Source: Callorhinchus milii (taxonomy: Eukaryota). From it: DNA of 64,000 nucleotides. Where the stretch lies: NCBI RefSeq assembly GCF_018977255.1, contig NW_024704743.1, positions 57,166,001 through 57,230,000 of the forward strand, read 5' to 3'. The position numbers and the translations under genes were made by a program. The notes under the pieces are model-generated. The model saw only the letters and a program-made list of their open reading frames with translations. It did not search any database and was not told the origin of the DNA. Below are positions 1-12,080 of this stretch, piece after piece; position 1 is the stretch's first letter, and each line of letters begins with the position of its first letter.

Positions 1-240
1 ACAATACAAATTTACATTTATAAAGCACCTTTCACTTTGGGAGGATGTTCCAAAGAACACTGCAGAAACAGTTGGCTGCATTTCTGGCTGTGGGCAACGA
101 GGTGGGAGCTGATGGGGGTGGAGAGAGGAAAGATGACCGAAAGTGTGGTCAACCATACCCACAACAACTTGCCTTTATATCATGTCTTTCATGCAGGGTA
201 ATGTTTCAGAGCGCTTAAGACTGGCAGAGCTTGATGCCAT

Positions 241-251
241 TTTAATTTATT
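241..251 (-). promoter_or_regulatory. Putative polyadenylation signal of the C7orf78-like gene
   Basis: AATAAA (251-246) overlapping ATTAAA (246-241) on the minus strand, about 33 nt after the stop codon. Confidence 0.5.
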
Positions 252-283
252 AAATATCCCATTCAGTTTGCTGGATGTTGCAG

Positions 284-373
284 CTATTCCCTCACCTTTT
301 GCCACAACTTTGTAAGTTTCTCATCCACACGATCAATGAAGGCACTATATGTACCATGGCGTCTTACATGTTT
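284..373 (-). CDS. C7orf78: C7orf78-like terminal coding exon (KHVRRHGTYSAFIDRVDEKLTKLWQKVRE*)
   Basis: Acceptor CTTACTTACAG|, phase 0, TAG at 286-284. The joined CDS is 774 nt = 257 aa plus stop. Confidence 0.82.
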   Translation of the reverse strand, partial: KHVRRHGTYSAFIDRVDEKLTKLWQKVRE

Positions 374-549
374 CTGTAAGTAAGTGAGTGAAAATAGTCA
401 CTTTTTTTATAAAGCACAAAATACATTATTGCTAGAATCTCAGTAAATTGTACCTTATATTTAGAACGGAGACAAATGGAAATCGGGTTTACTATTTACT
501 ACTGATACTAGGAGCATGTTGGCTTCTATCTTATTAACTGGACACTGAC

Positions 550-692
550 CGTGTAAGAAGCTGATTTGCTGGGCCAAGGTTCTTTCATCAAAATCAGCTG
601 AGGATCCCATTTGAGCTGTGGATGTTTATAAGTGTTGAAGCTTTCAGGAAATGCAACCCTTTGGTGGGTCATGTCTGCAGGACGTCCATGAA
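550..692 (-). CDS. C7orf78: C7orf78-like coding exon 3 (VHGRPADMTHQRVAFPESFNTYKHPQLKWDPQLILMKEPWPSKSASYT)
   Basis: Acceptor TTTCCTTTATTAG|, donor ACG|GTCAGT, 143 nt. Phase 1 in and phase 0 out, no stops. Confidence 0.88.
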
Positions 693-1194
693 CTAATAAA
701 GGAAATTAACCATCTTGAGTGAATACAGAATTTGCTGTTTTATTAAATAGTAACACTATTCCTTATATTCGATAAAGTCCTTTTATGTTTGGAAGCCATC
801 TCCAAGTGCCTCACAGGATTCACTTTAAAATGTAGTGGCAGTGTATTTTGTAGGCGAATACCAATTTGGACAAAGCAATTTCCCACAAAAAAACATGAAA
901 AGAATAATCAATTTTAGGATTGTTGGTCAGGACACAGGGAGACATTTTGTTTTCTTTTTGAATAAATGCCATGGGATCTTTAATGTCCACATGAACAGGT
1001 AGACAGGACCACAGTCTTAATCAGAAACATGTTTTCCACAATTCTTTAAATAAGGCTTCCAAATTAAGATTGGATTTAAGAATTTCCCACCATTCTTCAC
1101 AACTTTAAATTTTAAGGCACCATAGTCCTGCAGGCAAAGCAGAGTGATATTTCAGTTCAGATATTTTCAAATATTTTCTTATTTTCAAATGGTT

Positions 1195-1590
1195 CATACA
1201 ATACAAATACAATTTTACATTTTATATCATGCCTTTCACGTTGAGAGGATGTCCCAAGGGGTGGACAGTCTAAGGTTTGCACCCGAGCTGGGGTTGGGGG
1301 TGAGGAGAAAGATGGCTGAGTGTGTGGGCAAAACGGAAGGTCTTGAAATGGACCTGAAGGAGGTGAAGGAAAGGATGAGGATAGAGTTCCAGAGAGTGGG
1401 GGCAGGTACCTGAAAGTCCAACCGGCAATGGTGGGGCAGGGGACTTGAAGCAGGCTGGTGGCTGCTTCGTCGAGGGAGTGTTTGAGGTTGGTAGGGTTTG
1501 AGGTCACAGAGATAGGATGGGGTAACACCATGGAGAGATTTACAAGTTGGGATGAGGAATTTGAACTTAACCCGCTGGAGGGTGGGGAGC
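1195..1590 (-). mobile_element. L2 LINE 3' fragment, degenerate, in intron 2
   Basis: The reverse complement resembles the 3' end and tail of the L2 at 3600-5508. Confidence 0.8.
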
Positions 1591-1686
1591 AAGAAAGTAC
1601 AAAGAATACATGTAATACACGAAAACACAAAAACTATCAAAAATGATTGTTGGTCTGGTAACTTTTTACAGCAGTTTCAAATTTAC

Positions 1687-1771
1687 CTGCATTTAATTGT
1701 TTTGATTTCAACTTGAGATTGAATGGGTCTCTGTCAAAGCTGGTCACAAAATCAGGTATATTAGTTTCATA
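1687..1771 (-). CDS. C7orf78: C7orf78-like coding exon 2 (YETNIPDFVTSFDRDPFNLKLKSKQLNA + 1 nt)
   Basis: Acceptor TTTTATTTTCAG|, donor CAG|GTAAAT, 85 nt. Phase 0 in and phase 1 out, matching both neighbouring exons. Confidence 0.88.
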
Positions 1772-1887
1772 CTGAAAATAAAATGAACATATTATAATAA
1801 TAACTTGGATTTATAAAAACACTTTTCATGTGAACAAAAATGTCTCAAAGCATTCCAAAAATATAATAGATTAGAAATTAAGTGAAC

Positions 1888-2210
1888 ATAATAATAATCC
1901 TTGCGTTTGATATAGAGCCTTATCATGTCTTTGAGACTTCTCAAAGCACTTCACAGAATATACTGTAAAGTGAACTGACTGTATATATTGTGGGCGAAAT
2001 GCGGCAGCCAATTGTGCACACCTGTGTCCCACAAACAGTCCTGGAATGAAGTGACCAATTTTTTTAAGGGATTATTACCTCCAGAAAAGTGATCCGCCAA
2101 TCGACTAACAACCGGGTTCCTACTTTCTGCTAGTTGACGGAGGCGAGTGGAGTAAGGAAACTTGCCTAACAGTGAGTGCCCTAACCAATATGCTACAGGG
2201 CTCCACTCCA
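1888..2210 (-). mobile_element. tRNA-headed SINE, long-middle subfamily, head partly deleted
   Basis: (ATT)n tail, L2-like 3' end, and a GTAGGAACCCGGTTGTTAGT middle module shared with 62700-63060. Confidence 0.8.
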
Positions 2211-2759
2211 TTATGATAGTGTTACGTTGTTGATAGAGTGTTTTTTTGGTCAGCCAGTTGTATGACACATGCGGGAACCTATCACCATGCTTAAAAGTAT
2301 CCAAACCAAATTGAGAACTGTATGCATCCCACCAACACATGGAAATTCCAGAGATATGTATTGGCATGCAATGCGCACTCTCTCCCCGGAGAAATGCATC
2401 CTGCTTACCCAATTCCAGAAAGTATTATGTACAGATTGGCAAGAGCTAGAGTTGAAAATGTATATTCTTGAGAACATGACTGTTTTAGTTGGAGCAGAGA
2501 AGGTTAATACAACAATTCACATCTATATATTTTTATATGTTGCTTTTCATGTCAGGAGGAGCTGATTGATTGTCTGAGTCAGAAGGAAGTGGGAAAGGTA
2601 GCTAAAAAAGCATGGTTGAAGAGAATGTACGTTGAGAATCATCACCAGGGGGAGGATAGAAGATTTATTGTTACAGAGAGTATTGTTAGATTACGTAACA
2701 CCTCACCACTAATGACAGTTGAAATAGAGTCTACAACAACATTTAAAAATTTCACATCA

Positions 2760-3260
2760 AACGCCATGTGCGAACAGGTCCTAGACTTCTTCGCCTCAAA
2801 AATTAAAACATCCGCTTGGCTGCATTGTCCTCCCCCTCACCACACCCCCATATGCCCTTCCGCCCCACCCAGACCATTCACACCGCCTTCTCCCTCTGCC
2901 ACGGCTCCTGCCACTACTCCTTCCTTACACAGCTTTGCCCCCATTTCTCCCTCCTCCCTCTCAACCACAATCACCCGGATGAAGTTCACCACCAGCTTCC
3001 TTGACCCCCTCCCCACCCAGCTGCTGGTCACACAACTTCCCCTTCTTTCTCCACTGCTGGCCGACACAGTCAACCAGTCCCTCTCCTCAGGCTCTATTCC
3101 ATCACTGTTATCACACCCCTCCTCAAAAAATCCACCCTCGATCCCTCTAATCTCTCAAACTACCATCCCATCTCCAACCTACCCTTCCTTGCCAAAGTCC
3201 TGGAACGCATTGTTGCAGGTCAACTTCGGTGACACCTCTCCCTCCACTCCCTCCTTGAAT
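2760..3260 (+). mobile_element. L2 LINE internal ORF2 fragment
   Basis: C/T-rich sequence encoding MKFTTSFLDPLPTQLL...INQSLSSG-type residues. Covers the same ORF2 region as 3700-4160. Confidence 0.8.
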
Positions 3261-3427
3261 TAACTTGGGAATCCTTTTTCACACAGTTGAGGCTTACTGT
3301 TTTGTAAAGTGACACTTATGAAACTAATGAAAATTACATTTGATGTCACGTCAGGAGTACATCTCAAAGCACTTCATAGGATTTACTGTAAAGTGTACCT
3401 TTGTGGGGGAAAATTGGATGGAAAATC

Positions 3428-3595
3428 ACATAGAATCATAGAATTATACAGCACAGAAGGAGGCCATTCGGCTCATCATTCCCTTGCCAGCTCTTTGAAA
3501 GTGCTATCCAAATTAAACCCATTCCCTGCTCTCTCCCCATAGCCTCGTAAATTTGTCCTCCACAAATATCTATTAACTTAGCTCTTGAAAGTTGT
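3428..3595 (-). mobile_element. CR1 LINE 3' end
   Basis: (CATAGAAT)n octamer tail followed by ...CAGAAGGAGGCCATTCGGC, typical of CR1 3' termini. Confidence 0.75.
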
Positions 3596-3599
3596 TATC

Positions 3600-5508
3600 T
3601 GGAGACGAAGCGCAACCCCCCAGGCACCTGTTCTCCACCACCAACCAGCTCCTCCGCCCTCCCCGCCACACCTCACAGATTCTTTCCTCTGACTTCCACT
3701 GCGAGAAAATGCTGGATTTCCTCGAGTCCAAAATCAAGGGAATCTGCTCAGCTGCCACTGCCCTCCCAACTTCCACCCCCTCCCTACCCCACAAAATTAC
3801 CCATCCCTCCTTCCATATCTTTGAATCTGTCACTCCCTCTCTGTTTTCACCACCATATCCTCCATGAAGCTCACCACCTGCTCCCTGGATACCATCCCCA
3901 CCCCTCTCCTTAAATCCCAGCTCCATCTCCTTGCTCCACTACTCGCCGACATCATCAACCTCTCCTTGTCATCTGGCACTGTTCCTACCCCCGTCAAAAC
4001 AGCCACTATCACTTCCACCTTGAAGAAACCTTCCCTTGACCCATCACAGCTATCCAGCTACCAGCCCATCTCAAACCTCCCTTTCCTGTCAAGGTCCTTG
4101 AGAGAGCCATTGCCTCCCAGCTTCACTCTTTCCTCTCCCACTCCCTCCATGAACCCCTCCAATCGGGTTTCCGTACTGCCCACAGCACGGAAACTGGTCT
4201 GGTCAAGGTTACAAATGATATCCTGACCATGTGCGACCAGGGCTCCCTCTGCCTCCTCGACCTCTCTGCCGCCTTTGACACTGTGGACCACTCAATCCTC
4301 CTCCACCGCCTCTCCTCCCACCTCAACCTTCAAGGTTCCGTCCTTGACTGGTTCAGGTCCTACCTTTCACACAGCCTCCACTTCGTATTTGCAAACGGCT
4401 TCTCCTCCAGCCCCCGCACCGTATCGTGAGGTGTTCCTCAGGGCTTTGTCCTTGGTCCCCTCCTCTTCACCCTCTACATGCTCCTCCTTGATGATATCAT
4501 CCGCAGGCATGAGGTAAATTTTTCACATGTACGTGGATGACACCCAATTCTATCTCTCTGCCTCCATCCTCAACTCCAGGACTACTGGCATCCTGACTGA
4601 CTGCCTGTCCGACATCAAGTCCTGGGCGAGGGACAACTTTCTCCAACTCAATGTCAGCAAGACCGAGGCCTTCCTGATTGGCTCGCGCCAGCCCCTACGC
4701 ACCTTGGGCACTGGCAGCATCAGCATCCACAGCTGCACACTCAACCTCACTCAGCCAGTCAGGAACATGGGTGTCTTGTTCGACCCTGAACTGTCCTTTC
4801 TCCCTCACATCCATGCCATGACCAGCACTGCCTACTAACACGTCCGCAACATTGCCAGACTCCGCCATTCCCTCACCCCTCAGGCTACCGACACCTTCAC
4901 CCATGCATTCGTCACATCAAGGCTCAATTACGGAAACTCCCTCCTCATCGGCCTTCCCAACTCTTCCCTTCACAAGCCGCAGATTATCTCAAACTCTGCA
5001 GCTCATGTACTCTCGCGCACCAGGCTCCGTGATCCCATCACTCCCACCCTCACCCGACTCCACTGGCTCCCCATCCCCCAGAGGATCGAGTTCAAGATCC
5101 TCGTCCTCACTTTCAAGGCCATCCATGGCCTTGCCCCCTCCTACCTCTCTGACCTGCTGACACCCTACCAACCTGCCCGCTCCCTCCATTCAGCGGGCTC
5201 CGACCTGCTCCATGTCTCCCGCCCAACCCGCCCTACCATCATTGGCCGGGCTTTCAGCCTCTCTGCTCCCACACTCTGGAACTCCCTCCCACAGTCCCTT
5301 TGCCTCGCTTCCTCCCTTGCCTCCTTCAAGGCCGGTCGCAAGACCTTTCTCTTCGATCATGCCTTCGGTCGCCCTCCCACCTCTCTGCCTTCCCTTACCC
5401 CTACCCCATGCCTCCCCCATACTCATGTCTCGACCCCAGACTGTCCAGCGCTTTGGGATGTCCTCCCGACGTGAAAAGCGTTCTATAAATGTAATTTTGT
5501 TGTTGTTA
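3600..5508 (+). mobile_element. L2 LINE, 5'-truncated, RT pseudogene with intact 3' tail
   Basis: Frameshifted RT motifs [37 protein letters not shown] and YVDDTQFY, then the LHWLP..RIEFKIL C-terminus. Tail CAGCGCTTTGGGATGTCCTCCCGACGTGAAAAGCG...(TTG)n. Confidence 0.95.
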
Positions 5509-5787
5509 TCGAATCTGCTTCCACCATTATTTCAGGCAATGCATTCTAGATCCAAACAACATCTCAAAATTATTTTTGAAATTGATCCATGAGTTCTTCC
5601 ATCTCGATTGCATATCATGATGCAGCTGTGTTCAAAACTTGCAGAGGGTACACTTTGCATCTTAAAATGAATATTAATAGATCTCTCTACATATTCATGC
5701 ATGGAGGCCTTGGTGTCAGTTTATCACAGAACAGAGACTGTGAGCATAATAAGGAAACACAAGTGACCAACAACATGAAATAAATAC

Positions 5788-6243
5788 CTGTCTGAAATCA
5801 TGTGGCTTAAGATCTTTAAACACTCCTATTTTATATTTCCCACTCTTCACAAACATTATCTTGGCTTCAAATGGATCCAGGATTTTAACGTTACACACAA
5901 AATGTGAAGGCTGCTTCTTCATGACAAGCTCTGGAAACATATGTTTGTGGCTACTTTTCACTTGACTGTACTTTTCCAAAGCATTTGCTGTTTTCAGATC
6001 GACCTTCTCACTTTGTGACGGGCTTTTGGGGATGGCAGAGGATCGGTAGAATCGTAAGCTGAAGTCCGGAGGTTTTCTGTTCCATATATTCCCATCTGGT
6101 TCTGGCCTGGAATGAACAAAACCTTTGCTCCTAATTACATCCAAGTCCTGACTTGCTGTGAATTTAATGTTCGACAAAAATCCAAAAGAGGGTTCGCCAC
6201 CAATTGTGATCTTTGAATCCATCATGTCCTCCTTGCCCAACAT
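5788..6243 (-). CDS. C7orf78: C7orf78-like uncharacterised protein, coding exon 1 (MLGKEDMMDSK...KPHDFRQ, 152 codons)
   Basis: Open frame with the motifs IWNRKPPDFS and FVKSGKY...KPHDFRQ, which I recognise from C7orf78-type proteins (from memory, no search run). Ends at a CAG|GTATTT donor (GT at 5787-5786). The exon starts after a TTTTTTTTCAG acceptor at 6333, and an in-frame TAA at 6249-6247 precedes the ATG. Confidence 0.85.
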
Positions 6244-9200
6244 TGCTTATTTCATCACATGGACAAATGTTCTTGCTGTATGTTCAGCTTCAGTGTGGCA
6301 GTTTGAATACTAGTGGTAAACGCTCATCTATAACTGAAAAAAAAGAGTGAAAATTGCAACCAATGATTCAGTGTGTGGCAATTAACACTGATGATAACTA
6401 GGACTTCGGTAATAATTATCAAATGAAGCCAGTAGATTACTGAAATTAGCAGCCTGTCCATCCATAGGATCCCTGCCTTCTGATTTCTTCACAATGGTTG
6501 AGTATGAGGCCAGTTCTCAATGAGCATCAGACTTGGTGGCACATGGCCAGGAGGATACCCACTTTATTGGACAAGAAAACAATCGATAGTAATTTGGGAG
6601 AGAAGTGAAATCTTGCTCATAGAGAGAAGCAGCAAGGTTGAATGGTGGAAATAATGGGATGAATAACTTGTCTGCTGTTGTTAGCTTGATCACCTAAGTC
6701 TAATACTTTTGTCGAAGAAGGAGAGTGCACACTCCATTCCAGACACAGGGGAATTTACATACATAAATTGAATTTGTAGTAGTCTGACTTGGATACTGTT
6801 AAGCATGGTGATGGTTTTCCATTTATATCGGATACCTGGCTGAGGAATAAAAGACTTTAACCATCTGTCAGAGTCCATCACCATGTTTTGGAATTGTAAA
6901 AGTACTCAAATGAGAAAAATGCTGTGTAAATAAGTGTCAGGAACAGCAGTACCTCAGGATGTTATGTGTATCTAGTGCAGAGACCCTGAGTATAGCAGCC
7001 CACAAGGACTTTGCACTGATCTGAGATTGCCTTGGAGCAGAATTCTTGTAACTTGGTGTATAACTTACAAGGTTTCTTGTACAAAATATTTCATGTCCCA
7101 AGCAGAGGTGGACTGGCTATATGGGAAATCAGGTAATATCCCGAATGCCCCCTTGAATGGTTCCCGAGCATCCCCATGTTTAGCTCTTGATGCTTAAAAC
7201 CCTGTGCAGCCTCGTTCAGAAGTTCCACTTAAGCCCTGATAAAGCTTTTAAATGCACAGATATTCTATGCCAAATCGGTGCCACCCACAAATCTGCGCCT
7301 CCCACAAATAGGTGCCCCCCATTTTACCCGACAATCCAGAGCCCTTTTTGGTGAGCCACTTTGCCATTGGTTGCAAGATGCTTTTTCATGTTAATTGCAC
7401 TGTGGTCTTTCCATTCAAGTTGTTTTCAACTGAATCGTGTGTGGTTTATAGAAAGAGCTGCGAGGATGATCATAATAATATTTTTTCATTGCTTTTTTAT
7501 ATTCTTTATGCAGTACATTCTGACACTGACAAACTCCACCACCGCACTTGCACAAGGACCTTTCACAATGTAGTACCCAACCTTTGCCAGTAGAGGATGA
7601 TCTTTACCTATGTACAATAATTCTCAATATTGTATATAGTACAGCAGTACCATCTGCTGTGATCACACTTCTACAGCACAAAGAGAAATAAATATCTAAC
7701 TTTTGTGGAATCTTTACTGTAGAATAGTTACTCATTCCGACCTTTCCACTGTTCAGGCCTTTATCACTTCATTTTCCAGAGAGATCAAGGAAACAATCAG
7801 AATGTAGCAGCTACACTACACTCAGTACAGAGCCACAGTCAGCCATAAGGAAAATGATTTATTAATCTGCAAGAGTGCTGGCCAGCACGTAATGAGAAAA
7901 TCCCCTCTCTTTTCAAAGAGACTGGAGTGTCACCCTAGACTGTTTAGAAATACATTTCCACTCTATTAGGGGACTTCCTTCTTTGTGTTCACATTTGTTC
8001 GTAATGGCTAATACTGTCAACTAATTTAGAGCACAGACTTTATAGTGCTGCTGTTTAGCCTATTGATTGGCTATAACAAATATATTAAAAGCCATATTTT
8101 GAAAGGTTATTATCATTGAGGCTTGATCCGCAATATTGGCAATCAGGATAAGAAACCCTAGTTTCAGCTTTCTAAAGCTGCCTAATTTGTGATAAGCACA
8201 AAACAACTAGATGACATATAATTGCAATTTTTAAAAAAACATACATTTCAAAACATACCGTTTGACCAAGCTTCGGGACATTTTTCCCCACCCTCCGCCC
8301 ACTCAGCTCCCACCCCCAGCTCAGGTGCCTGTCTAACACTGTGAAATCCATTGAACTGTCCTCCGCCTGAAAAGCATTACAGAAATACAAGTTGTCATTG
8401 TCATTTTTGAAAGTGTGAGTAGTAGGTCAGAGAGTAAGTCGTCACTTGGCAGTTCAGTTCTTTGTTCATTTTCTGCAATTGGTGCTTTGCCAGGTCAATA
8501 ACAGTGTTCCCACCCCATTAGTGAAGATCACAAGTTAGATCCTGAGAATCAATATCACTGAAGACGATCATGGGGAATGGAGGATTATGACTTTGTTCTA
8601 ACTTTGATGATGTGCTTTAATGTGAAACTATCATTATAAATCTCATTTCACTTTCCCCACCCAACATTTTCACCCAGTCTCAGCATGCAAGAACCCTATG
8701 CCTTAAAATAGAATTCACCAGATTTGTGGAGAGTTCTCAAATCTTAATTTGGAAACTGGTTCTTTTTAAGAACTGCGGAGAATAGCTTCCAAATTGAAAT
8801 ACGCAGTTTTCACAATTTTTGTGCAATCATCCTACCTGTTAGAGCTTTGGCTTGCAGAGTTAACAGGAGCTGAGTTGGAAGAATTCTGGCCTCAGTCTGC
8901 CCTCCAAGTCTTGCCGAAGAGCCAGGTTGGCTGGTCTGTCATCAGCAGTGCCTTGGAATACTGCGGACCCGCCTGGCTCAGGAACCAGACTACCAAAACC
9001 AACCCAGAGGATTGACTCGATTCTGATATTCTGTTGCCAAGAACGTCACCTTGGATTCAGCTCAGCCTCAACCCAACTGAGCAGCTTGTTTGCCTTTCTG
9101 GGTGCCGTGAATTGTCATTATCACAGCTGCAGCACATGAAAGCTCGCAAGAAAATAAAAGTCTTGACAACAAACCACACAATGCACCTAATACAATCCAA

Positions 9201-10804
9201 AAAAGTATCTGAGTGATTTCTTACAAACAATGTTGTAGGAAATAGAGTCATTCAATGCAATTAACTCTGACCTGAGAAATTATGACAGTAAGGACAGTAT
9301 TGGCAAATGTTTAGGCTTGGAAAGACAGAGGTTAACTGTTGTTGGAATAAACAAGGAAACTGTGAGGTTGCAATGTATACTTCTTTGTGTTGCTAAGGAA
9401 CAGACCTCCTGCTGTTCTTTTTATTGAATGAAAAAACTGACAAAGTTGTTCTCTAATACAAAAAGAAGTTTTATAGTATTCTCTTAGTAACAAGCTACAT
9501 ACAGAATAAATCAAGTAATGGATACCTCTTTTATCTGGTGAACTAAGGTAATTTAATAAGCAGTGTCCAGCTGGGATAATACATTTTCAGGTTAACACTT
9601 CTGCTTTCATCACGAATGTACAAAAAGATAAATTATGTTTTTCTTTTGAGTAAAAACTGAAGTTACCATCCTTACCATCACGCCAGCCTTAGTCAACATT
9701 ACACCTCTGACCTACAGACCAGAATTTGAATGATCACAGGCATCACAGAGAAAGAACTTTATCACCAAGGCTTTGCTTAGCTGCTGATAGAGGGAACAGA
9801 TCACACAAAACTCAACTAAAGGACAAGAAAATCCCAACAATCAACTGCGATATCACCTGGTGTTTGTTTTGGGATGTTTCCTGGTCTAGAAAAAGTTTGA
9901 AAAGCCAGTCACAAAACAACCTTTCATTGGTGTTTGGCATGACAAAGATATTTTTACAGTCACAATATTTAGCCAATTCTGGCAATTCCAGTAGCAAATT
10001 CAGATACCATAGTGGCTTGGATTTTGCAAAGACCACAAAACCGATTATTTCACCCACAGTAGAATAAATTCATCAAATTATCATATCCTCAATTTATCAA
10101 AATATTTGTTTTATTATTCTTACTAAGGACTTAATATCCATTTATTTTAAATTAAAATGCTTTGATTTTACAAATGTAGTTTTCAGTGAATGAGGAATGT
10201 TTAATTCCTTGAATTTCATATTTTCTTTTATTTCAAAGGTTTTCTTTCTGCCAATATGCAATTTCTTTACAGGAACATTCAGAACAGAAGGAGGGCATCC
10301 ATCCTGTCAAGCCTGTTGTGCTGTCTTATTTGATTGTGGCAGATCTGTTAATCTTGTCTTTTCTCTGATTTTTAGCTCTAACCTATTGAATAGTTGTGGC
10401 AATTTGTCTGGAAAGTACACAGACACGCACTGCACTTTACAGTAAATCTTGTGAAGTGCTCTGAGATGTCCTCTCAATGTGAAAGTCGCGGTATCAAATG
10501 CAAGGATTGTTATTATTTTTTATTTCTTAATAGCTTTAATTCCCAAATGTCTAACTCCCTTTGAAACATCCTGAAAATTCATATTGTTAAACTCTCTATT
10601 CTTACTGTATATTGCAGTATATGGTGACCTTGCCATAATATGTTACGGTTAATGAGCCACTTTGTGGCTTGGATATAAAGCCGGTGACATCAGGTCATAG
10701 AGGGGAAGGAGATGAGAGCACGTTTCTTTTCCAGTGTCTTCAGCATTACCACTGCTGTATTTTTATTTATTTCATTTCTTTTTTTTATTATCACAGAATA
10801 TGCG

Positions 10805-11145
10805 TGTCAGCCTGGCGCAATGATAGCACTTTGATCTCTGAGTTAGAAGGTTGTCAGTTGAAGCCCAATGTCAGGACTTGTTCAGGTGGATGTTAAAGAT
10901 CACCTGGCACTATTGCAAAAGAGAAAGGAGTTTCTCCCGGTGTCCTGGCCAACAATCCCCCAAATAAAATGTGTCACTCACTTCATGACTGTTTGTGAGA
11001 CATTGCTGTGCATAACTGGCTGCAGGGTTTCACCCACAAAATACACAGTCAATACACTTTACACCATATCCTTTGAAGCGCTTTGAGATGTCTCAATGAT
11101 ATGATAAGGTGCTAAATCAAATCCAAGGATTATTATTATTGTTAT
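10805..11145 (+). mobile_element. Old DeuSINE-like element (SacSINE1/AmnSINE-type core)
   Basis: Decayed tRNA head, core GGTGGATGTTAAAGATC..TGGCACTATT...GGAGTTTCTCCCGGTGTCCTGGCCAAC, L2-like tail and (ATT)n. Confidence 0.75.
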
Positions 11146-11621
11146 TAATAGAATAACCCATTTTGGAGAGGAGTTAAACTCTGTGGGAGAGGATTAGCCT
11201 CATGTACTGGAGATCCCTGACTTGGCTGGTTATTTTTGCGTGTAGCAGTGTCAGCCTGGTTTAGTCAGTCAGACCCAAACCAATACCAGGACTTACCTGT
11301 AGGCAGCAGCAAACTATTACAGTTCAGTAGGCTCATTCCTCATGTTTTCTGGATAGAGCTCAGATGGATTTGCTTTAAAATAAACTTGTTTCATGTGTTG
11401 CACAAATATTACACATGGATGAGACGATTTTGTTCAATAAAAAGCTTTTTAAATTGTTATCTTGTGAATGCAGTGACTTAGTACAGGGTATATTTTATAC
11501 ATTCTGTATTGTGTCACTTTCTTAGGTTGCATCATATCATGTCTGACAGGTAGAGCTGAATTCTGTGTTGAAAATGCAGTATGTGGTGTGATAATTATCC
11601 CAAACTTGGATATTTCACTCT

Positions 11622-11641
11622 GGGGGGGGGGGGGGGGGGGG
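11622..11641 (+). repeat. G20 homopolymer
   Basis: Twenty consecutive G followed by TTGTTGGGGG. Confidence 0.95.
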
Positions 11642-11825
11642 TTGTTGGGGGATTCTGCATGGGTTTAGACTCAGACTCTTAACTTTTTAAAGCAAATTTT
11701 GAGAAATTGAAAATTGGCACCCAGTGAAATGCTAAGGAAAGATCTAATCTCTGACAAAACTTCTCTGCCCTGATCATGTCCCAGTCGGTAACTGGCATGA
11801 GGGAATACCTCACCTCAACTTTGTT

Positions 11826-12080
11826 GATAATAATCCTTGCATTTGATATAGAGCCTTATCACATCTTCGGGACATCTCAAAGCGTTTCACATATTGTAAA
11901 GTTAATTGATTGTATATTTTGTGGGAGAAATGTGGCAGCCAATTGCACACAGCAGTGTCCCACAAACAGTCTTGAATTGAGTGACCAAATTATTATTTAT
12001 TTATTGGAAGGGATTATTACCTCCATTTGCCCTGTCGGGAATCAAACCCAGGTCCTTACGCTTGTGAGGTGAGTGCTTTA
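11826..12080 (-). mobile_element. SINE, decayed
   Basis: AATAATCCTTGCATTTGATAT tail and GCAGCCAATTGCACACAGCA motif shared with the other SINE copies. Confidence 0.75.

Noticed and set aside
2589..5592. Numerous Pro/Ser-rich ORFs (also 34546-35244 and 58453-59251)
   Set aside because: They are alternative-frame or antisense translations of C/T-skewed L2 sequence.
5716..5787. C-terminal VFISCCWSLV... of the 175-aa ORF-track entry
   Set aside because: It lies beyond the CAG|GT donor and is intron read-through.
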